Positions 61,102-64,000 of a DNA stretch of 64,000 bases are shown in pieces. Source of the DNA: Malacoraja senta (Eukaryota); assembly GCA_038087875.1 (NCBI GenBank), contig CM075988.1, forward strand, positions 24,306,001 through 24,370,000, in the 5' to 3' direction. The notes beneath the pieces are model-generated. The model did not search any database. It was not told the origin of the DNA and worked only from the letters and a program-made list of their open reading frames with translations. Position 1 is the first letter of the stretch, and each line of letters begins with the position of its first letter. Both the position numbers and the translations under genes were made by a program.

Positions 61102-61600
61102 TATACACACACACATACACATATACACACACATACACACACACATATATATAAACAGGCACAAACACACACACAGACATATATATACAGACACACATAT
61201 ACACGCACACACACGTACAGCCAGGTATAGACTGTTTGCTGCACACACACATGTGCAGGCATATAAACACATTCATACATATAGATTGTATATTCACTCC
61301 ACATTCATACCCAAAACGGACACCTGCACACACTTCCACATAGATGGAAGCACAGAAACAAATACCCAAGTCACCCACACATATAGACTTGGGCACACAG
61401 ACAATCACATGCGGCAAGAGACAGGCACCAATGCAAACACAAAGTACATTGTCACACATGCACAAATGTATACACACACGCATATACAAACAAACACAGC
61501 ACATACAGTGCATACAAACACATAATAGCACATTCATACACATGTATGCATACAATGATATATTTGCACATACACCAGCATACATGCATATACACACATT
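60665..61600. repeat. (CA)n/(TA)n compound microsatellite, degenerate distally
   Basis: Directly visible. Confidence 0.95.
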
Positions 61601-62314
61601 CAGGGCTCTCGCTTAACTTTTTTTCCCTGTTGCCAGCCGGGCAACCTTGGCAGCTTTTTAGGTTGCCAAATGACTGTTTAGGTGGTCATTTAAGATGGCT
61701 TGCATGACACGTGCAACAAATGTGCTCGGACGAAGTGCGTAGTTACCAGTCGGAATTATACTCAATGAAGCATTCACATATTATTTCTGCTTCAAATAAA
61801 GTCACAAACTAAACATATTCACCAATCAAGACATGATATATCCCACAATGACATGCAGCAAAATTATAAGAGTATCTCAACTCTTTTTACACGTTGCAAT
61901 TAATGCAATTCCTATTAGTTCTTTCCACTTCCAAGCAAAAATGTGGTTGGATTATTCAGCGTATGATCAACCTGTGTCAATAAATCCTGGACCATGGTAA
62001 CATATATGCTTACGTATAGTTGTGAATGTTGTTCATTAAATAACTACAGTACTGATACTCCATATTAAGCGCATTGATTTGCCGTTAAAATGAATTCTGT
62101 AATAACGTGTCAACGGCAGCAGTGACAATCGAACACTGCAGTTTTAATATTTCACGTGTTCACAATTTAATTAATCCATCTCTATGTATTAAAACAAATA
62201 ATAACATTGGGAATTAAAACACATTTGATTGCATTCCATTATCAAACATAGTCAAAGTTCGCTCTGAAGACATTTCCAACACAATAGGGTCAGGGAGGGG
62301 GGTGTGTGTGAATC

Positions 62315-63060
62315 AGTGCGGGGTGGATAGATGGCGGGGGTGGGGGGAGGGGGGGGTTAGAAGGCAGTCGGTGCAGAATGGATGGATTGAGGCAGGTGAA
62401 TTAATATGTGTTAGTTGGAGTAGGTAAAAGTGTGAGGGGAGAGCACCGGGGATGTCAGTGGTGTTGAATGGGGGGGGGTTCAGTACGGGATGGATGGGGG
62501 TAGACAAAAGTGCTGGAGAAACTCAGCGGGTGAGGCAGCATTTATGGAGAGAAGGAAATAGGCAACGTTTCGGGTCGAGACCCTTCTTCAGACTGTTCCC
62601 CCCATTCTTTTTGAATGGGAGGATCAGTACAGGATGGATGGGGGGGGGAGATCAGCGCAGGATGAATGGGGGGGGGTCAGTACAGTGTGGATCGGAGGGT
62701 CTGTGCAGGATGAATGGGAGATCACTACAGGATGACTGAGGGGAAGGGGGGAAGGTGCAGGGTAAATGGAAGGTGGGTCAGTACGGGATGAATGCGTGGA
62801 TTAGTACAGGATGGATGGGGGATCAGTACAGGATGGATGGAGGAGAAGAGGAGGATGGATGGGAAAGGGGTAAGTACAGGGTGAGTTGGGGAACCAGTGT
62901 AGGATGGATGGGGGGGTGGCAGGAGAATCAGTGCGAGGTGGATAGGGTGATCAGCGCAGGATGAATAGATGGGGGGGGGGGTAGATAGGGAGGGGAGCAC
63001 AGGGGATGTCAGTGAGGACTGAATAGAGGCGGGAATGGGGATCAGTGCGGGATGGAGTGG
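62315..63060. repeat. Degenerate G-rich ~22-25 bp minisatellite with a Penelope-derived insert at ~62498-62594
   Basis: Recurring GATCAGTACAGGATG(G/A)ATGGGG. Confidence 0.8.
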
Positions 63061-63459
63061 AGGGGTCCCAGGATAAGGGGGCGGAGGGGGCGTACAAGAG
63101 AGAGAGAGGGAGAGGGGGGGCGAGGTGGGGAGGAAGGAAGGTCAGCGCTCCTCGGACAACATCGCCCCGCTGCCTTGGCCGTTGGGAACTCCTCGCCACC
63201 GCCTCCCTCCTCCGCCAGCCAACAGCAAGGTGCGGGGCCGGGCAGTGCAGCTCAGAGATCCTATAACTAAAGGTCTTTGGTGCAGCTGCTTCAGACGAGT
63301 TGGAGCGAATGACGGGCCCCGCACAGCGTCAGCAGCGGCCGCGACAGCGGCTCCACCGCCACCTCCTACCACCCCCCGCCCGCCCTGATAAGGTCCTCTG
63401 CTTGCAAACCCGCTAACAGCAATAACCGCTTTCAAAACAAATCCTCCCGCACGCCGAGG

Positions 63460-63560
63460 CCTCCCCCTCCCTCCCTCCCTCCCTCCCTCCCTCCCTCCCT
63501 CCCTCCCTCCCTCCCTCCCTCCCTCCCTCCCTCCCTCCCTCCCTCCCTCCCTCCCTCCTC
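63460..63560. repeat. (CCCT)n microsatellite
   Basis: Directly visible. Confidence 0.95.
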
Positions 63561-64000
63561 CCGACCTCGGAGTGCGGGAGGGTTTGTTTTTAAAGCGGTT
63601 ATCGCCGTTAGCGGAGTGGCAGGCAGCAGCCCTTATCAGGGCGGGCGGGGGGCGGGAGGAGGAGGAGATGGAGCCGCTATCGCGGCCGCTGCTGCCGCTG
63701 TGCGAAGCCCGTCATTCGCTCCGACCCTTCCTCACCCCGCACCTAGTATCTTTGCCCCGCAATACAGCCGTCATCGCCGACACAAAACATCGCGTTCCTT
63801 TTCTCCAGAGATGCTGCCTGACCCGCGGAGTTACTCCAGTTTTTTGTGTCTATCTTCGGTACAAACCAATATCTGGTTGCCAAGCCGGGCAAAATGACTC
63901 GGTGTTTAGATTGCCCGGCGGCGCTTTGAGTGGTCAGTGGCACCCGGGCAACCTCTAATTTCGAGCCCTGACATTATGCACATTTACATGCATAATGCAT

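Larger units (their letters stand above)
61601..63970. mobile_element. 2.37-kb non-autonomous hAT-type DNA transposon with 5-bp TSD (hAT5-like)
   Basis: TIR CAGGGCTC-N4-TTA; ACATT at 61596-61600 and 63971-63975; CCGGGCAA subterminal motifs at both ends. Confidence 0.8.

Overview
This window is repeat-dense eukaryotic intronic DNA from a cartilaginous fish, probably a skate or ray (inferred from HE1-type V-SINEs and HER1/CR1 LINE tails). No complete host gene is visible; one convincing 108-bp plus-strand coding exon (35248-35355) suggests the window lies in the large introns of an unidentified gene. Large elements: a near-intact full-length CR1 LINE (esterase ORF1, ORF2 with one in-frame stop), an L1-type LINE with intact ORF1 but EN/RT deleted, a DIRS tyrosine-recombinase retrotransposon with near-perfect ITR/ICR, a 2.8-kb and several short PIF/Harbinger-type elements, a 5-bp-TSD hAT-type element and other MITEs. 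The most notable signal is about 20 short Penelope-derived insertions, many retaining a minimal hammerhead ribozyme motif (CUGANGA-A-stem II-GAAAC-GUH). They occur as ~100-bp TSD-flanked units and as head-to-head or tandem pairs. Four RFX X-box matches and two ancient DeuSINE-like remnants lie in unique sequence. All family assignments are from recognition by eye; coordinates of decayed fragments are approximate.
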